Translations under genes and position numbers: made by a program
The notes under the pieces: generated by a model
Seen by the model: only the letters and a program-made list of their open reading frames with translations
Told to the model about the DNA's origin: nothing
Databases searched by the model: none
From: an uncultured Bacteroidia bacterium
GTDB taxonomy: Bacteria; Bacteroidota; Bacteroidia; JAIBAJ01
Assembly: GCA_965284645.1 (NCBI GenBank)
Contig: OZ260106.1
Span: 3,979,160-4,043,159 of the forward strand
Length of the DNA stretch: 64,000 nucleotides
Direction: 5' to 3'
In this document: positions 1 to 10,221 of the stretch, piece after piece
Layout: every line of letters begins with the position of its first letter
Numbering within the stretch: the first letter of the stretch is position 1

Positions 1-398
1 AACAATTTCTCCAGCGGTTTCAGGATTGCTTCCGGCGTTAAATAAAATAGTCTCAAATTGCTTGGCTTGAAGGGGCGTAAGTTTATCCTTTATTGCCAAG
101 TACTTTTTTGCTGAATCAATATTGGATTTACTTCCGGTGAATTTTGCCAAAGCCTTACCTGCCATATCGGCCTCATGTTGCGAAAGGGTATCTCCCGGCA
201 CAATGTGCGTGGAAAGTTTCCAATCTGCCTCTGAAGATATGGTATATAACTTTTGGTAGTCTGTATTATATTGGTCAAGGTAAACCTGGGCTTGTGCTTG
301 AACATCCTTGTTTTCGTCGCTGTGGCTTGCTCCACAAGAGAACAATAAAAGAGAGGCAGAAATGCCAAAAAGAAATCGAGTGGTCATTGGTAAAAATT
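1..398 (-). CDS. Secreted lipoprotein, partial (continues beyond window start). The N-terminus resembles the M2/ACE-like peptidyl-dipeptidase helical N-domain.
   Basis: Hand translation of the minus strand from the ATG at 398-396 gives MTTRFLFGISASLLLFSCGAS..., with a lipobox (LFSC) signal. The frame stays open to position 1. The following segment (QAQVYLDQYNTDYQKLYTISSEADWKLS...AGKALAKF) resembles the ACE N-terminal pattern. It is absent from the ORF track because it is truncated. Confidence 0.4.
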
Positions 399-493
399 GA
401 GTTGCGAAAGTAGGATTAATGGTTCATAAAAATTGAATTGTTCAAAAATGCCGAGCCCAAACATTCATTTACTTTGTTGAACTTCTAATCCAC

Positions 494-1552
494 ATGCTTT
501 ACCAACCTCGAACCATCCAACCAGGCCCCAAAAAATTGGTTGAAAACGGCCAATACCAGCTCGGCTGTTTTGATTCTCCTGTTGAGGAAGTCAACCTTTT
601 GGATTATCCCTCACCCTATCAATTGCCATTACCCCGCGCCATAAAAGCTTTGCAATTAAGGGAATGGCAGGCCTTTCAAATTATGGGGAAAGACCATTTT
701 ATCATGGTCGCCATTTACAATGCAAAAAAGGTATCCTTGGCTCAATTCATTGTTTATGACATTAAAAACAACAAGAAAACCAAGTACGAGAAAAAGGTAG
801 CAAGCTGGGATTTAACTGTACCTTCAACTTTATATGGGAATTCTGTTGCTAAGTATACCAGTAAGAATTTTTCCTTAGAAGCGGTGCATGATCTGAACCA
901 GCAACTATTAGGTTTAAAAGCCAATATCCAGAATTTTGGAGGTTTACCAACTGTTCAAGCAGAATTCCATGGCCACCATGACGTAAAGAAATATACCCCG
1001 ATGGTGGTCTGCAACCCCTTTTCAAAAGGAAGGGTAATGTACTCCCACAAATGCCTTATGCCTATGAAAGGTTACTTGAAAATAGGCGACCTTCAACTTC
1101 AATTTGAGGAAGAAAATGCTCAGCTTATTCTGGATGACCATAAAGGCTATTACCCCTACCCTACGGTTTATGATTGGGTAACTGGAATGGGTAGGGATAT
1201 CGAAAACAAACTTTTGGGTTTTAACCTTACCAACAACCAAGTTATTGAACAAGATACCTACAACGAAAATTGTTTGTGGCATAATGGGGAACTTCATCCT
1301 TTACCTCCCATAACGGTTAACCGTCCCAATGGCGTAAAAGAGCCTTGGATTATCACCGACAAATTCGGTTGGGTAGAACTGGAATTTAAGCCCGTCATTC
1401 ATACTTCTGTAAACCTAAATTTATTAATCCTCAAAAGCCAATATGAAGGACCTTATGGTTTTTTCAATGGCTATTTAAAAAAGAAAAACGGAGAAAAAGT
1501 TTTGATCCAAAACATGTTTGGAATGGGTGAAGATTTTTACCTCCGTGCTTAA
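494..1552 (+). CDS. Conserved hypothetical protein, DUF2804-like
   Basis: 352-aa ORF with no signal peptide and the size and composition typical of DUF2804 proteins. The family call is from memory only. Confidence 0.45.
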   Translation: MLYQPRTIQPGPKKLVENGQYQLGCFDSPVEEVNLLDYPSPYQLPLPRAIKALQLREWQAFQIMGKDHFIMVAIYNAKKVSLAQFIVYDIKNNKKTKYEKKVASWDLTVPSTLYGNSVAKYTSKNFSLEAVHDLNQQLLGLKANIQNFGGLPTVQAEFHGHHDVKKYTPMVVCNPFSKGRVMYSHKCLMPMKGYLKIGDLQLQFEEENAQLILDDHKGYYPYPTVYDWVTGMGRDIENKLLGFNLTNNQVIEQDTYNENCLWHNGELHPLPPITVNRPNGVKEPWIITDKFGWVELEFKPVIHTSVNLNLLILKSQYEGPYGFFNGYLKKKNGEKVLIQNMFGMGEDFYLRA

Positions 1553-1576
1553 CCTTCAAAATCGCATATTTAAACC

Positions 1577-2347
1577 ATGTCACTAAAAACTGAACTGCTG
1601 AATGGGGTATTGACCATTACACTCAACCGTCCTGATGTATTGAACAGTATTAACCGTGAAACTGCCTTGGCTTTGCAGAAAACCTTAGATGAGGCCGCCA
1701 CGAACAAGGAAGTCCGCGCCTTGCTGATAACAGGCGAAGGAAGAGGCTTTTGCGCCGGACAAGATTTGGCTGAAGCAACCGACCCCAGCGCTAAAATAGA
1801 CACCTTTGTTCGGGAACATTACAATCCGATTGTTCTAAAACTTCGACAATTGGAAAAACCAGTCATTGCTGCCGTTAATGGTGTTGCCGCTGGTGCCGGA
1901 GCAAACCTGGCCTTTTGTTGTGATATCGTTTTCGCAGGCAAATCCAGCACCTTTATCCAAAGCTTTGTGAATATTGGATTGATTCCAGATAGTGGTGGAA
2001 CTTTTTTCCTGCCTCGAATTATTGGTATGCAAAAAGCAACTGCCCTAATGTTTACCGGCGAAAAAATCAGCTCCGAAGAAGCCGAACGTCTTGGTTTGAT
2101 TTATAAAGTCGTGGAAGATGCAGACCTTTTGGGTGAGGCCGGAAAACTTGCCGGAAAACTTGCTCAAATGCCAACAGCAGGAATAGGATACACCAAAAGA
2201 TTACTCAATGCATCCTCCACAAATGACCTCAAACAACAATTAGATATGGAAGAAGAAATGCAGTTGTTGGCTGGTAGTTCCCACGATTATGCTGAAGGTG
2301 TTCGTGCCTTTTTGGAAAAAAGAAGACCAGTTTTTAAAGGGGAATAA
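1577..2347 (+). CDS. paaG: Enoyl-CoA hydratase/isomerase (crotonase fold), PaaG-like
   Basis: Crotonase motifs are present: ITLNRPDVLNS, FCAGQDL, AAVNGVAAGAGANLA. It sits immediately upstream of a 3-hydroxyacyl-CoA dehydrogenase and a PaaI thioesterase. Confidence 0.75.
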   Translation: MSLKTELLNGVLTITLNRPDVLNSINRETALALQKTLDEAATNKEVRALLITGEGRGFCAGQDLAEATDPSAKIDTFVREHYNPIVLKLRQLEKPVIAAVNGVAAGAGANLAFCCDIVFAGKSSTFIQSFVNIGLIPDSGGTFFLPRIIGMQKATALMFTGEKISSEEAERLGLIYKVVEDADLLGEAGKLAGKLAQMPTAGIGYTKRLLNASSTNDLKQQLDMEEEMQLLAGSSHDYAEGVRAFLEKRRPVFKGE

Positions 2348-2349
2348 CC

Positions 2350-3513
2350 ATGGTGATAGGGATAATCGGATCAGGAGCAATGGGCTCGGGAATTGCACAA
2401 GTTGCGGCACAGAACGGTTGCCGCACCTTAGTGTACGACACAGAAAAAGTACAATTGGAAAAAGCCAAAAAACAAATCGCATCCGGACTTGCCAAATTGG
2501 TTGAAAAAGGAAAAATTAGTTCTGATTCCTTACATTCTACCCTATCCAATTTGGAATTCGTAGATGAATTAAATGGACTTTCAAGCTGTGATTTAATTAT
2601 TGAAGCCATCGTAGAAATAAAGGAGATAAAGAAAAAAGTGTTTGCCCAATTGGAAAGCTTGGTAAAACCGGGCTGCATCTTGGCCAGCAATACTTCTAGT
2701 CTGTCTATTGCCTCTTTGGCCGCCTCTATAAAAAGCCCCGAACGATTTATTGGCATTCACTTTTTCAATCCGGCTCCTTTAATGCCCTTGGTTGAAATAA
2801 TTCCTGGCCTTGCAACCGATGCCAACATTATAAAAACATGCCAAACCCTAATTTCATCGTGGGGGAAAAATGTGGTACTTACTAAAGATACGCCCGGTTT
2901 TATTGTTAATCGGGTGGCACGGAGCTATTACAGCGAATCGATTCGAATTGCCGAAGAACAAATAGCCGATTTTGCTACTATCGATTGGGCTATGAAAACC
3001 TTTGGAGGCTTTAAAATGGGGCCTTTCGAACTGATGGATTTTATTGGAAATGATGTGAACTTCAGGGTTACCGAAAGTGTGTGGACTCAGTTTTTCTTTG
3101 AACCTCGTTTCAAACCTTCCATTACCCAACAACGCTTGTTTGAATCAGGTTTCTTTGGTGTGAAATCAGGAAGAGGATACTACAGCTACAGCGAAGGAAT
3201 ATCTAAGCCTGCACCTACAACGGATCAAGCCTTGGGGAACTTAATTTTTAACCGGGTTGTGGCTATGCTGATAAATGAGGCTGTAGACTCATACTACTTT
3301 GGAATAGCTTCTGCAAAAGATTTGGATCTTGCCATGCAAAAGGGCGTAAATTACCCTAAAGGCTTACTTCAATGGGGAGAGGAATTAGGATGGGAAAAAG
3401 TGCTTGACATTCTTCAGGATTTATTCCATACCTATGGAGAAGACCGATATAGACCCTGCATTTTGTTAAAAATGCTGGCGAAAGGAAACAAAAAGATCGA
3501 TTGGAGTATATAA
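2350..3513 (+). CDS. paaH: 3-hydroxyacyl-CoA dehydrogenase (PaaH-like)
   Basis: N-terminal Rossmann motif IGIIGSGAMGSGIAQ. The 3HCDH N- and C-domains are present, with an extra C-terminal dimerisation repeat. Confidence 0.8.
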   Translation: MVIGIIGSGAMGSGIAQVAAQNGCRTLVYDTEKVQLEKAKKQIASGLAKLVEKGKISSDSLHSTLSNLEFVDELNGLSSCDLIIEAIVEIKEIKKKVFAQLESLVKPGCILASNTSSLSIASLAASIKSPERFIGIHFFNPAPLMPLVEIIPGLATDANIIKTCQTLISSWGKNVVLTKDTPGFIVNRVARSYYSESIRIAEEQIADFATIDWAMKTFGGFKMGPFELMDFIGNDVNFRVTESVWTQFFFEPRFKPSITQQRLFESGFFGVKSGRGYYSYSEGISKPAPTTDQALGNLIFNRVVAMLINEAVDSYYFGIASAKDLDLAMQKGVNYPKGLLQWGEELGWEKVLDILQDLFHTYGEDRYRPCILLKMLAKGNKKIDWSI

Positions 3514-3530
3514 GTGTATAAATCCAACCA

Positions 3531-3968
3531 ATGAAGATTGTAATTCACGAACAGCATAAACATTATGTTGCCCAGGAAGTGGTAGAAAAAATGCTGGGCA
3601 ACGACCCTTTTAGCCAATGGCTTGGCATTCAGAAAATTTCTGTGGAACCAGGCAAATGCGTTTTAAAAATGCAGGTTAAAAAGGAAATGCTGAACGGGTT
3701 CGGAATTTTACATGGCGGTGTTACCTTTTCTTTAGCCGATAGTGCTTTTGCCTTTGCCTCCAATTCAAGAGGAAAAAAAGCCTATTCTATCGACAACAAC
3801 ATTTCTTACCTTACCAAAGTAAACGAAGGAGATGAGTTAACCGCCAAAGCCGAAGAAATCAGTCTATCCGAAAAAATTGGTATTTATAATGTTACCATTT
3901 CCAACAAGGAACATCAAGTAGTGGCTGTCTTTAAAGGCACCGTCTACCGTAGCAGTGAAAACTGGTAA
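3531..3968 (+). CDS. paaI: Hotdog-fold acyl-CoA thioesterase, PaaI family
   Basis: 145 aa with a GILHGGVTFSLADSAFAFA core typical of PaaI/4HBT thioesterases. Confidence 0.7.
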   Translation: MKIVIHEQHKHYVAQEVVEKMLGNDPFSQWLGIQKISVEPGKCVLKMQVKKEMLNGFGILHGGVTFSLADSAFAFASNSRGKKAYSIDNNISYLTKVNEGDELTAKAEEISLSEKIGIYNVTISNKEHQVVAVFKGTVYRSSENW

Positions 3969-3973
3969 ATACT

Positions 3974-4318
3974 ATGTTCGAACACGCCAAAAAACCACTT
4001 GTCAGTTCTAAAGCTTACTTCCAAAGACAGGTAAAATTTGGACTTATTTCGGTGGCACTATTGTTTGGTTCCTTAGGCATTGGGGTATTGGGCTATCACT
4101 TTATTGCCCAGTTAGACTGGATAGATAGTCTTTTGAATGCCTCCATGATTTTAACCGGAATGGGCCCTGTAAACCCCATGCAAAGTGTTGGTGCAAAGGT
4201 ATTTTCTTCTATTTATGCCCTTTTTAGTGGAGTTGCCTTCCTTAGTATCGCTGCGGTGATGTTTGCCCCTTTTATTCACCGTTTCCTGCATAAAATGCAT
4301 ATCGACCTAGACGATTAA
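3974..4318 (+). CDS. Small two-TM membrane protein, hypothetical
   Basis: 114 aa with two hydrophobic helices; no known motif recognised. Confidence 0.35.
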   Translation: MFEHAKKPLVSSKAYFQRQVKFGLISVALLFGSLGIGVLGYHFIAQLDWIDSLLNASMILTGMGPVNPMQSVGAKVFSSIYALFSGVAFLSIAAVMFAPFIHRFLHKMHIDLDD

Positions 4319-5994
4319 ACTATCAAATTTTCGACTAGTTTATTCTCCACAATCGTTCCGTAAACCTTGAAAGAGTTGGCATAATCAAGCCGTTTTATCT
4401 TGGCTTGGATATACCTGGTTTTACCATTGGGTAAAATAATCCTATAGCCAAACCGGGTAAATTCATCTTCCTTTAATACCTTTTGTATGGAATCATTAAA
4501 CAAATTTCGATCATCCGGATGCACTAAACGAGAATATTCAAACAAAGAAATAGTGCCTGTTTTAGGATCCCTTCCATGCATAAGGTAGGTTTCGGGCGAA
4601 CAAAACAAGGTTTGGGAGGCAACATCCAGCTCCCATTCTCCAATACCCGGACTCGACTTATGCTCAATTGACCTGAACTCCGATTTTATCAGCCTTTTTA
4701 AGGTCTTTTCCTGTTCTTCAGCCCCTAAGGCATTGGCCATAAAATCCGATAAGTTCGTGGCCAATGTAATTTCCTCGGGCAACCAATGTCTTGGTGGTCC
4801 AACATGCTCGTGGCATAAAATGCCTATATGATTGCCATGCACCCAAATCGGAACATCCAACATCGAAGAAATTCCATTCACTTTTAAGTAATTCTCCGAA
4901 AACTCTGCTGTTCGGGGATCGTTCATCGCATCATCTGCCGAAATGTACCTATGCTGGCCGATGTATTCAAAATAAATTGGATTTGTTTCACTCGACAATA
5001 AGGCCCCCATTTCAAAGGAGGCGCTTGCCCGTTTATACATCAAACGACATTGAATTTTTGATCGGTCGCTTGAATAAACCCATAAACTAACCCGCTCCAC
5101 CTGCAACATCTCCGCATCCACCTTCAAAATTTTCCGAATCGAATTCTCAACATTCGAATGCGAATCCCTTGCCAAATCCAACAAAATCTTTTGCTTCCGT
5201 TCCAAATCCTCCAAACTTCCAGTCAAACTCTCTTCTTGCTGTTCAATTTTAGTAATATCACGAAAACTCGTAAGCCGCAACGTTTCACCATTCATAATAA
5301 TCGGCCGACCCAAAACCTCTGTGGTTAACAGCTGCCCATTTTTTGCATAAACTTTCAACAAATACTTTTCCCTCGTATTATTCAAAATATGGTACTTGGC
5401 TTCAGAAATAAAATCGGGATGGATGTAATTAAAAACCGTTTTTCCTACTATTTCAGCCTTGTCATATTGAAAAACCTGCTCAAAGGTAGGATTCACATCA
5501 ACAAAAACACCATTTTTGGTAAGGATCGTCGCTTCAAAACAGGATTCAAACAAATCTTTCAGCAATTGATCCTGCTCCCTTTCCCTTCTTAAAGCCTTTT
5601 CCTTAAAACGATGCAATTGCACCCGTTCCAATGAATTTTTAATGGCCTCATTTAACCTCTTCAAATTCGGCTTTTGGAGATAATCATCCATGCCTTCTTT
5701 TAAAAACTCAACCAAACTTTCCTCCTTGATATGCTCGGCCAATAGAATAAAAACGCCTTCATAGTGATTGGACCTGCAAAATTCAAAAGCCTGCAAACCA
5801 TTGTAGCCCGGCAAACTAAAATCGGAAAGTATTACCTCAGGAGCAAACTCCGCATACAACTTCTCAAACTCCTCCTTATTGTGAGCAACCTTGGTATGAT
5901 GCAACGAAAAAGCAGATCTCAACTCAGCTTGAATCACTTTTATATCCTCAGGCTTGTCGTCTAGAATCAGTATTTTCTCTATTCCTTGCACCAT
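4315..5994 (-). CDS. Response-regulator receiver protein with PAS-GAF-PAS sensor modules and no output domain
   Basis: N-terminal REC motif (ILILDD...ILSDFSLPGYNG). Then a PAS segment, a GAF segment (LWVYSSDRSKIQC...VPIWVHGNHIGILC) and a C-terminal PAS segment. No HisKA/HATPase or DNA-binding domain is visible. Confidence 0.7.
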   Translation of the reverse strand: MVQGIEKILILDDKPEDIKVIQAELRSAFSLHHTKVAHNKEEFEKLYAEFAPEVILSDFSLPGYNGLQAFEFCRSNHYEGVFILLAEHIKEESLVEFLKEGMDDYLQKPNLKRLNEAIKNSLERVQLHRFKEKALRREREQDQLLKDLFESCFEATILTKNGVFVDVNPTFEQVFQYDKAEIVGKTVFNYIHPDFISEAKYHILNNTREKYLLKVYAKNGQLLTTEVLGRPIIMNGETLRLTSFRDITKIEQQEESLTGSLEDLERKQKILLDLARDSHSNVENSIRKILKVDAEMLQVERVSLWVYSSDRSKIQCRLMYKRASASFEMGALLSSETNPIYFEYIGQHRYISADDAMNDPRTAEFSENYLKVNGISSMLDVPIWVHGNHIGILCHEHVGPPRHWLPEEITLATNLSDFMANALGAEEQEKTLKRLIKSEFRSIEHKSSPGIGEWELDVASQTLFCSPETYLMHGRDPKTGTISLFEYSRLVHPDDRNLFNDSIQKVLKEDEFTRFGYRIILPNGKTRYIQAKIKRLDYANSFKVYGTIVENKLVENLIV

Positions 5995-6527
5995 CTTATG
6001 GACAAAAATATAACTTTTTCTTTACATTTCAAAATTCATTTTCAATCATTTAAGCAATTTACCTTTACCTTTGAAAAGTGCAATTCGTCTGGGTATTCCG
6101 CTCCATTTTTACACAACATTTCCCAAAAGAACTCAGTTTCCTTGCTGGTTTTTGGAGTTATCGCATCAATTTTCACCTCAAAATCCCTTACCTCTTCACC
6201 TGGGGTTTGTTTTTAAAAGATAAGCATGCACGAGCCGTATTTGGGCATCGTTCCGAAACCGATATCCAACTTCTTACTAATAAAAAGGGCACCTTAATCG
6301 GAACCGACGCATTCACAGGCGAACTGGCTTTTCTGTTTCCTCATTTTCAATGTTGGTTCAAAATCGACTGGTTCAGCAAAGAATTTTTCCAAACCAAGCG
6401 TTTTATGGTTTTCTTGGCCACCGCTTATTTTTCAAAAGAAGATATGCGCTTTAAACTCGGGATACTTGGTTTCTGCCTTTACATTCGCTTTGGGAAAAGA
6501 ATTTGAGTGTTCATTTTTTTATGATTT

Positions 6528-6679
6528 GGCGTGCCCCCTCCGCCCAAAACCGCTTTAACCGAAAAAAAACAGTGTACAAGGGGCGTTCGGGTCAGGCTAT
6601 TCACTGCAAGTCCTCGCGACCTTCCGCTAAAGCTCCGGTCCGCTGTGGGCTTTCCGTTCCTATCCTTGCCCGAGATACC
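6528..6679 (-). repeat. Family-1 GC-rich intergenic repeat, copy A (reverse orientation)
   Basis: Shares conserved blocks with copies B-F: GGCGnGCCCC...GTCCTCGCG...CTGTGGGCTTTCC...TATCCTTGCCCGAG. Confidence 0.65.
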
Positions 6680-6796
6680 TACTGATACTTAGCATTTGCT
6701 GTAAATTTGGATAGGAATGCCTGTATAAAAAATCACCAAAATTTTAAGTTGGAATACAAAACTAAAGTACTTCACCAAAACCCAGGCACGGAGGGC

Positions 6797-6949
6797 ATCG
6801 GGCAAGGATAGAGCGTGATACCCCGCAGGCCTGCACAACCCGAACCCCTTCGGGTTGTGCAGACCGAGGAGTATTAGCGATAGCCTGGCCCTGCCGCACT
6901 GGTAGAATGGTCGATTTTTAGCACACAGCCAAAGCGGCAGGGGCCCGCC
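6797..6949 (+). repeat. Family-1 GC-rich intergenic repeat, copy B (forward). It contains a perfect 12-bp hairpin.
   Basis: CGGGCAAGGATAG...CGAGGAGTATTAGCGATAGCCTGGCC...GGGGCCCGCC. The internal hairpin is ctgcacaacccg/cgggttgtgcag. Confidence 0.65.
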
Positions 6950-7035
6950 AAATAAAAAACTATACCAAGCAATGCCCATTTTGAAGCCTTTACCGAGTGG
7001 GCAAAAACTATTTTTTCCTTGATTTAGAAATATTT

Positions 7036-7043
7036 TACATTTG
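7036..7043 (+). promoter_or_regulatory. Bacteroidetes sigma-A -7 box (TAnnTTTG) 4 nt upstream of the ATG, implying a leaderless transcript
   Basis: tacatttg at 7036-7043; ATG at 7048. Confidence 0.35.
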
Positions 7044-7047
7044 AGCC

Positions 7048-7416
7048 ATGAGTACCCAAATTATACTGTTACTGCTATTGGTTGGATTATTTGCTGGATT
7101 TTTGAGCGGATTTGTAGGGGTAGGCGGCGGAATCATTATAGTTCCGGCCTTGGTCTATTTCCTCGGTTTTAACCAACATACAGCCCAGGGAACCAGTTTA
7201 GGAGTGCTGTTGTTGCCTGTTGGAATTTTTGCCGTAATGAACTATTACAAAGCAGGTTACCTCGATATTAAGGCTGCCTTGTTTATTTCAATTGCCTTTG
7301 TAGCCGGTGCCTATTTTGGATCTAAAATTTCAATTTCGCTCGACCAAAAAATGGTGAAACAAGTATTTGGCGGCTTTCTTTTACTGGTGGCGATTAAGAT
7401 GCTGAGCGGCAAATAA
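7048..7416 (+). CDS. TauE/SafE (DUF81) family small membrane transporter subunit
   Basis: Gly-rich TM motif GFVGVGGGIIIVPALVYFLG, typical of sulfite-exporter TauE/SafE half-size units. Confidence 0.6.
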   Translation: MSTQIILLLLLVGLFAGFLSGFVGVGGGIIIVPALVYFLGFNQHTAQGTSLGVLLLPVGIFAVMNYYKAGYLDIKAALFISIAFVAGAYFGSKISISLDQKMVKQVFGGFLLLVAIKMLSGK

Positions 7417-7460
7417 ATTTTTAGCCTTATTTTATTCCTTTTCCATTGGTGCGAGAATTG

Positions 7461-7468
7461 TACCTTTG
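7461..7468 (+). promoter_or_regulatory. Bacteroidetes sigma-A -7 box (TAccTTTG) 16 nt upstream of the ribBA ATG
   Basis: tacctttg at 7461-7468. Confidence 0.4.
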
Positions 7469-7484
7469 CACCCATTTTTTTCCT

Positions 7485-8687
7485 ATGTTAAATACCATCG
7501 AAGAAGCCCTGGAAGATATACGCCAAGGGAAAGTAGTAATTGTTGTGGATGATGAGGACCGCGAAAACGAAGGCGATTTTATTACCGCCGCCCGAAATGC
7601 TACGCCCGAGGTTATCAATTTTATGATTAAAGAAGGTAGAGGATTGGTGTGCACGCCCCTTACCGAAGAACATTGCGATGAGTTGGGCTTGGGATTGATG
7701 GTTCAAGACAATACCGCTTTGCACCAAACACCATTTACAGTTTCCATCGACTTATTGGGACATGGCTGTACGACAGGCATTTCGGCCCAAGATCGGTCAA
7801 AAACCGTTAAGGCTTTAATCGACCCCAGCATTAAACCACACGAATTTGCCCGTCCAGGACATATTTTCCCATTGCGCGCTCGAAAAGGCGGGGTTTTGCG
7901 CCGCACCGGGCATACCGAAGCCACCATCGATTTAGCGCGGTTGGCCGGATTTGAGCCAGCAGGCGTTTTAGTTGAAATACTGAAAGACGACGGTACGATG
8001 GCTCGTTTGCCCGAATTATTTGAGATTGCTAGAAAGTTTGATTTGAAAGTGGTTAGCATTGAAGCACTTATCAAATATAGAATTGAAAAAGAGACCATAA
8101 TCGAAAGACAAGTGGAAGTGCAAATGCCTACCGCTTTTGGTAATTTCAAAATGATTGCCTACAAACAAACCACCACTGGTCAGGATCATTTGGCACTTGT
8201 AAAAGGCGAATGGTCAAAGGATGAATCGGTGATGGTAAGAGTGCATTCCTCCTGCATGACCGGCGACATTTTCGGCTCCTGCCGTTGCGATTGCGGACCA
8301 CAGCTACATAAAGCTATGGAGTTGGTTGAAAAATCAGGCAAAGGCGTAATTTTGTATATGAACCAAGAAGGACGCGGAATTGGTTTGCTCAACAAATTGA
8401 AAGCCTATAAATTACAAGAAGAAGGAAGGGATACGGTGGAAGCCAATTTAGAATTAGGTTTCCAAATGGATGAAAGAGATTATGGTGTAGGGGCTCAAAT
8501 TTTGAGAGATTTAAATGTATCGAAAATCAGACTTTTAACCAACAACCCGACTAAAAGAGCCGGATTAATTGGTTATGGTTTAGAAATTGTGGAGAATATC
8601 CCGTTGGAAATAAAGAGCAACGAACATAACGAACTTTACTTAAAAACTAAACGTGACAAAATGGGTCACGAATTGCGGTCTGTTTAG
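7485..8687 (+). CDS. ribBA: Bifunctional 3,4-dihydroxy-2-butanone-4-phosphate synthase / GTP cyclohydrolase II
   Basis: RibB motifs [13 protein letters not shown] and RTGHTEA. RibA zinc motif [15 protein letters not shown]. The first ATG in the track (7446) is probably upstream of the real start, MLNTIEE at 7485. Confidence 0.9.
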   Translation: MLNTIEEALEDIRQGKVVIVVDDEDRENEGDFITAARNATPEVINFMIKEGRGLVCTPLTEEHCDELGLGLMVQDNTALHQTPFTVSIDLLGHGCTTGISAQDRSKTVKALIDPSIKPHEFARPGHIFPLRARKGGVLRRTGHTEATIDLARLAGFEPAGVLVEILKDDGTMARLPELFEIARKFDLKVVSIEALIKYRIEKETIIERQVEVQMPTAFGNFKMIAYKQTTTGQDHLALVKGEWSKDESVMVRVHSSCMTGDIFGSCRCDCGPQLHKAMELVEKSGKGVILYMNQEGRGIGLLNKLKAYKLQEEGRDTVEANLELGFQMDERDYGVGAQILRDLNVSKIRLLTNNPTKRAGLIGYGLEIVENIPLEIKSNEHNELYLKTKRDKMGHELRSV

Positions 8688-8698
8688 GCAAGCTTTCC

Positions 8699-10108
8699 AT
8701 GAAAACCTTGGAACTGGGAAATAACCCTGTTTTTTCGGCTGTATCGAAAGCAGGCCATGATTTGGGTGTAAAAACCTTTGTCATAGGTGGCTATGTGCGC
8801 GATTTGCTGCTTCAAAGACCCTGTAAGGATTTGGATATTGTTTGCGCCGGCTCAGGCATAGCATTGGCCGAACGGGTTGCCGAATTGCTCGACCGAAAAG
8901 GCAAGGTGAATGTTTTTAAAAACTTTGGAACAGCCCAGTTGGTTTTGGATGATTGGGAAGTAGAATTTGTAGGTGCCCGAAAAGAATCCTATCGTTCCGA
9001 TAGCCGCAAGCCTATTGTTGAAGAAGGCAGTTTGGAAGACGATCAAAACCGCCGTGATTTCACCATCAACGCGATGGCTATTTCATTGAATCAGGAAGAT
9101 TTTGGCAATTTGGTTGATCCATTTGGGGGCATACAGGATTTGGAAGCCAAACTCATCCGCACCCCTTTAAACCCTGATATCACTTACTCCGACGATCCGT
9201 TGCGCATGATGCGGGCCATTCGTTTTGCGACCCAATTGAATTTTGAGATTGAAGCGGATTCGCTAGAGGCCATTGCTAGAAATGCAGAGCGGATACAAAT
9301 CATATCCAAGGAAAGAATTATTGACGAATTGAACAAAATCATTTTGTCGCCCGTTCCTTCCATAGGGTTCAAGCATTTGTTCAATACAGGCTTGCTCAAA
9401 TTGATATTCCCCGAAATGGTAGCCTTGCATGGTGTTGAGTATAAAAACGGGAAAGGTCACAAGGACAATTTCTACCATACCTTGCAGGTGTTGGACAATT
9501 TATGTCCGAATTCCGATGACCTTTGGTTGCGTTGGGCTGCGCTATTGCACGACATTGCCAAACCACCTACCAAGCGTTTCGAGCCCAACCATGGCTGGAC
9601 TTTTCATGGGCATGAAGACAGGGGCGCAAGGATGGTTCCTGGTATTTTCTCCCGATTGAAACTGCCTTTGAATGAGAAGATGAAATTTGTGCAGAAAATG
9701 GTGCAGTTGCATTTGCGGCCTATTGTGCTATCGCAAGAAATTGTAACCGATTCAGCTGTTCGACGCTTGTTGTTCGATGCCGGTGAAGACATTGATGCCT
9801 TGATGATGCTTTGCGAGGCAGATATTACTTCGAAAAATGAGGCCAAGGTCAAGAAGCACTTGGCTAATTTTCAGTTGGTTCGGGTAAAACTGAAGGAAGT
9901 AGAAGAAAAAGACCAGGTAAGAAACTGGCAACCGCCCATCAGTGGTGAAGAAATTATGGCCTATTTCAAATTAAGTCCATGCCGTGAAGTTGGAATTATC
10001 AAAACGGCCATACGAGAAGCCATTTTGGATGGAATTATTCCAAACGAGCGAGAAGCTGCGATACAATTGATGGTAGAAGAGGGCAAGAAATTGGGGTTTG
10101 GGATTTAA
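8699..10108 (+). CDS. cca: CCA tRNA nucleotidyltransferase (poly(A) polymerase head domain plus HD domain)
   Basis: GGYVRDLLL...DLDIV nucleotidyltransferase motif. HD motif LLHDIAKP in the C-terminal half. Confidence 0.8.
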   Translation: MKTLELGNNPVFSAVSKAGHDLGVKTFVIGGYVRDLLLQRPCKDLDIVCAGSGIALAERVAELLDRKGKVNVFKNFGTAQLVLDDWEVEFVGARKESYRSDSRKPIVEEGSLEDDQNRRDFTINAMAISLNQEDFGNLVDPFGGIQDLEAKLIRTPLNPDITYSDDPLRMMRAIRFATQLNFEIEADSLEAIARNAERIQIISKERIIDELNKIILSPVPSIGFKHLFNTGLLKLIFPEMVALHGVEYKNGKGHKDNFYHTLQVLDNLCPNSDDLWLRWAALLHDIAKPPTKRFEPNHGWTFHGHEDRGARMVPGIFSRLKLPLNEKMKFVQKMVQLHLRPIVLSQEIVTDSAVRRLLFDAGEDIDALMMLCEADITSKNEAKVKKHLANFQLVRVKLKEVEEKDQVRNWQPPISGEEIMAYFKLSPCREVGIIKTAIREAILDGIIPNEREAAIQLMVEEGKKLGFGI

Positions 10109-10178
10109 GCATACCGATTTGCTTGAAATTTGTTGAATAATTTAAAAGTCTAATTTGGGTCATTCCAAGTATTCAACT

Positions 10179-10186
10179 TATTTTTG
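10179..10186 (+). promoter_or_regulatory. Candidate -7 box (TAttTTTG) upstream of the 10222 gene
   Basis: Motif match only. Confidence 0.25.
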
Positions 10187-10221
10187 ATAAACAAAATTCA
10201 GTTACCAATCAAATTTGAACG

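Noticed and set aside
1022-3132. Antisense ORFs inside the DUF2804, paaG and paaH genes (1022-1297, 1570-1803, 2240-2482, 2334-2756, 2854-3132)
   Set aside because: They lie opposite strongly supported genes with clear enzyme motifs, and their products have no features.
6078-6506. 142-aa plus-strand ORF in the long RR-TauE intergenic region
   Set aside because: W/F-rich, low-complexity translation with no motif, signal or plausible promoter or RBS context. Kept only as a note in findings.
6503-6979. Track ORFs 6503-6685 (+) and 6689-6979 (-); also 39846-40028, 40707-40958, 40770-40979 and 40822-41025
   Set aside because: They lie entirely within family-1 repeat copies. Their Arg/Pro/Gly-rich translations follow from the GC-rich repeat and are not conserved between copies in any single frame.
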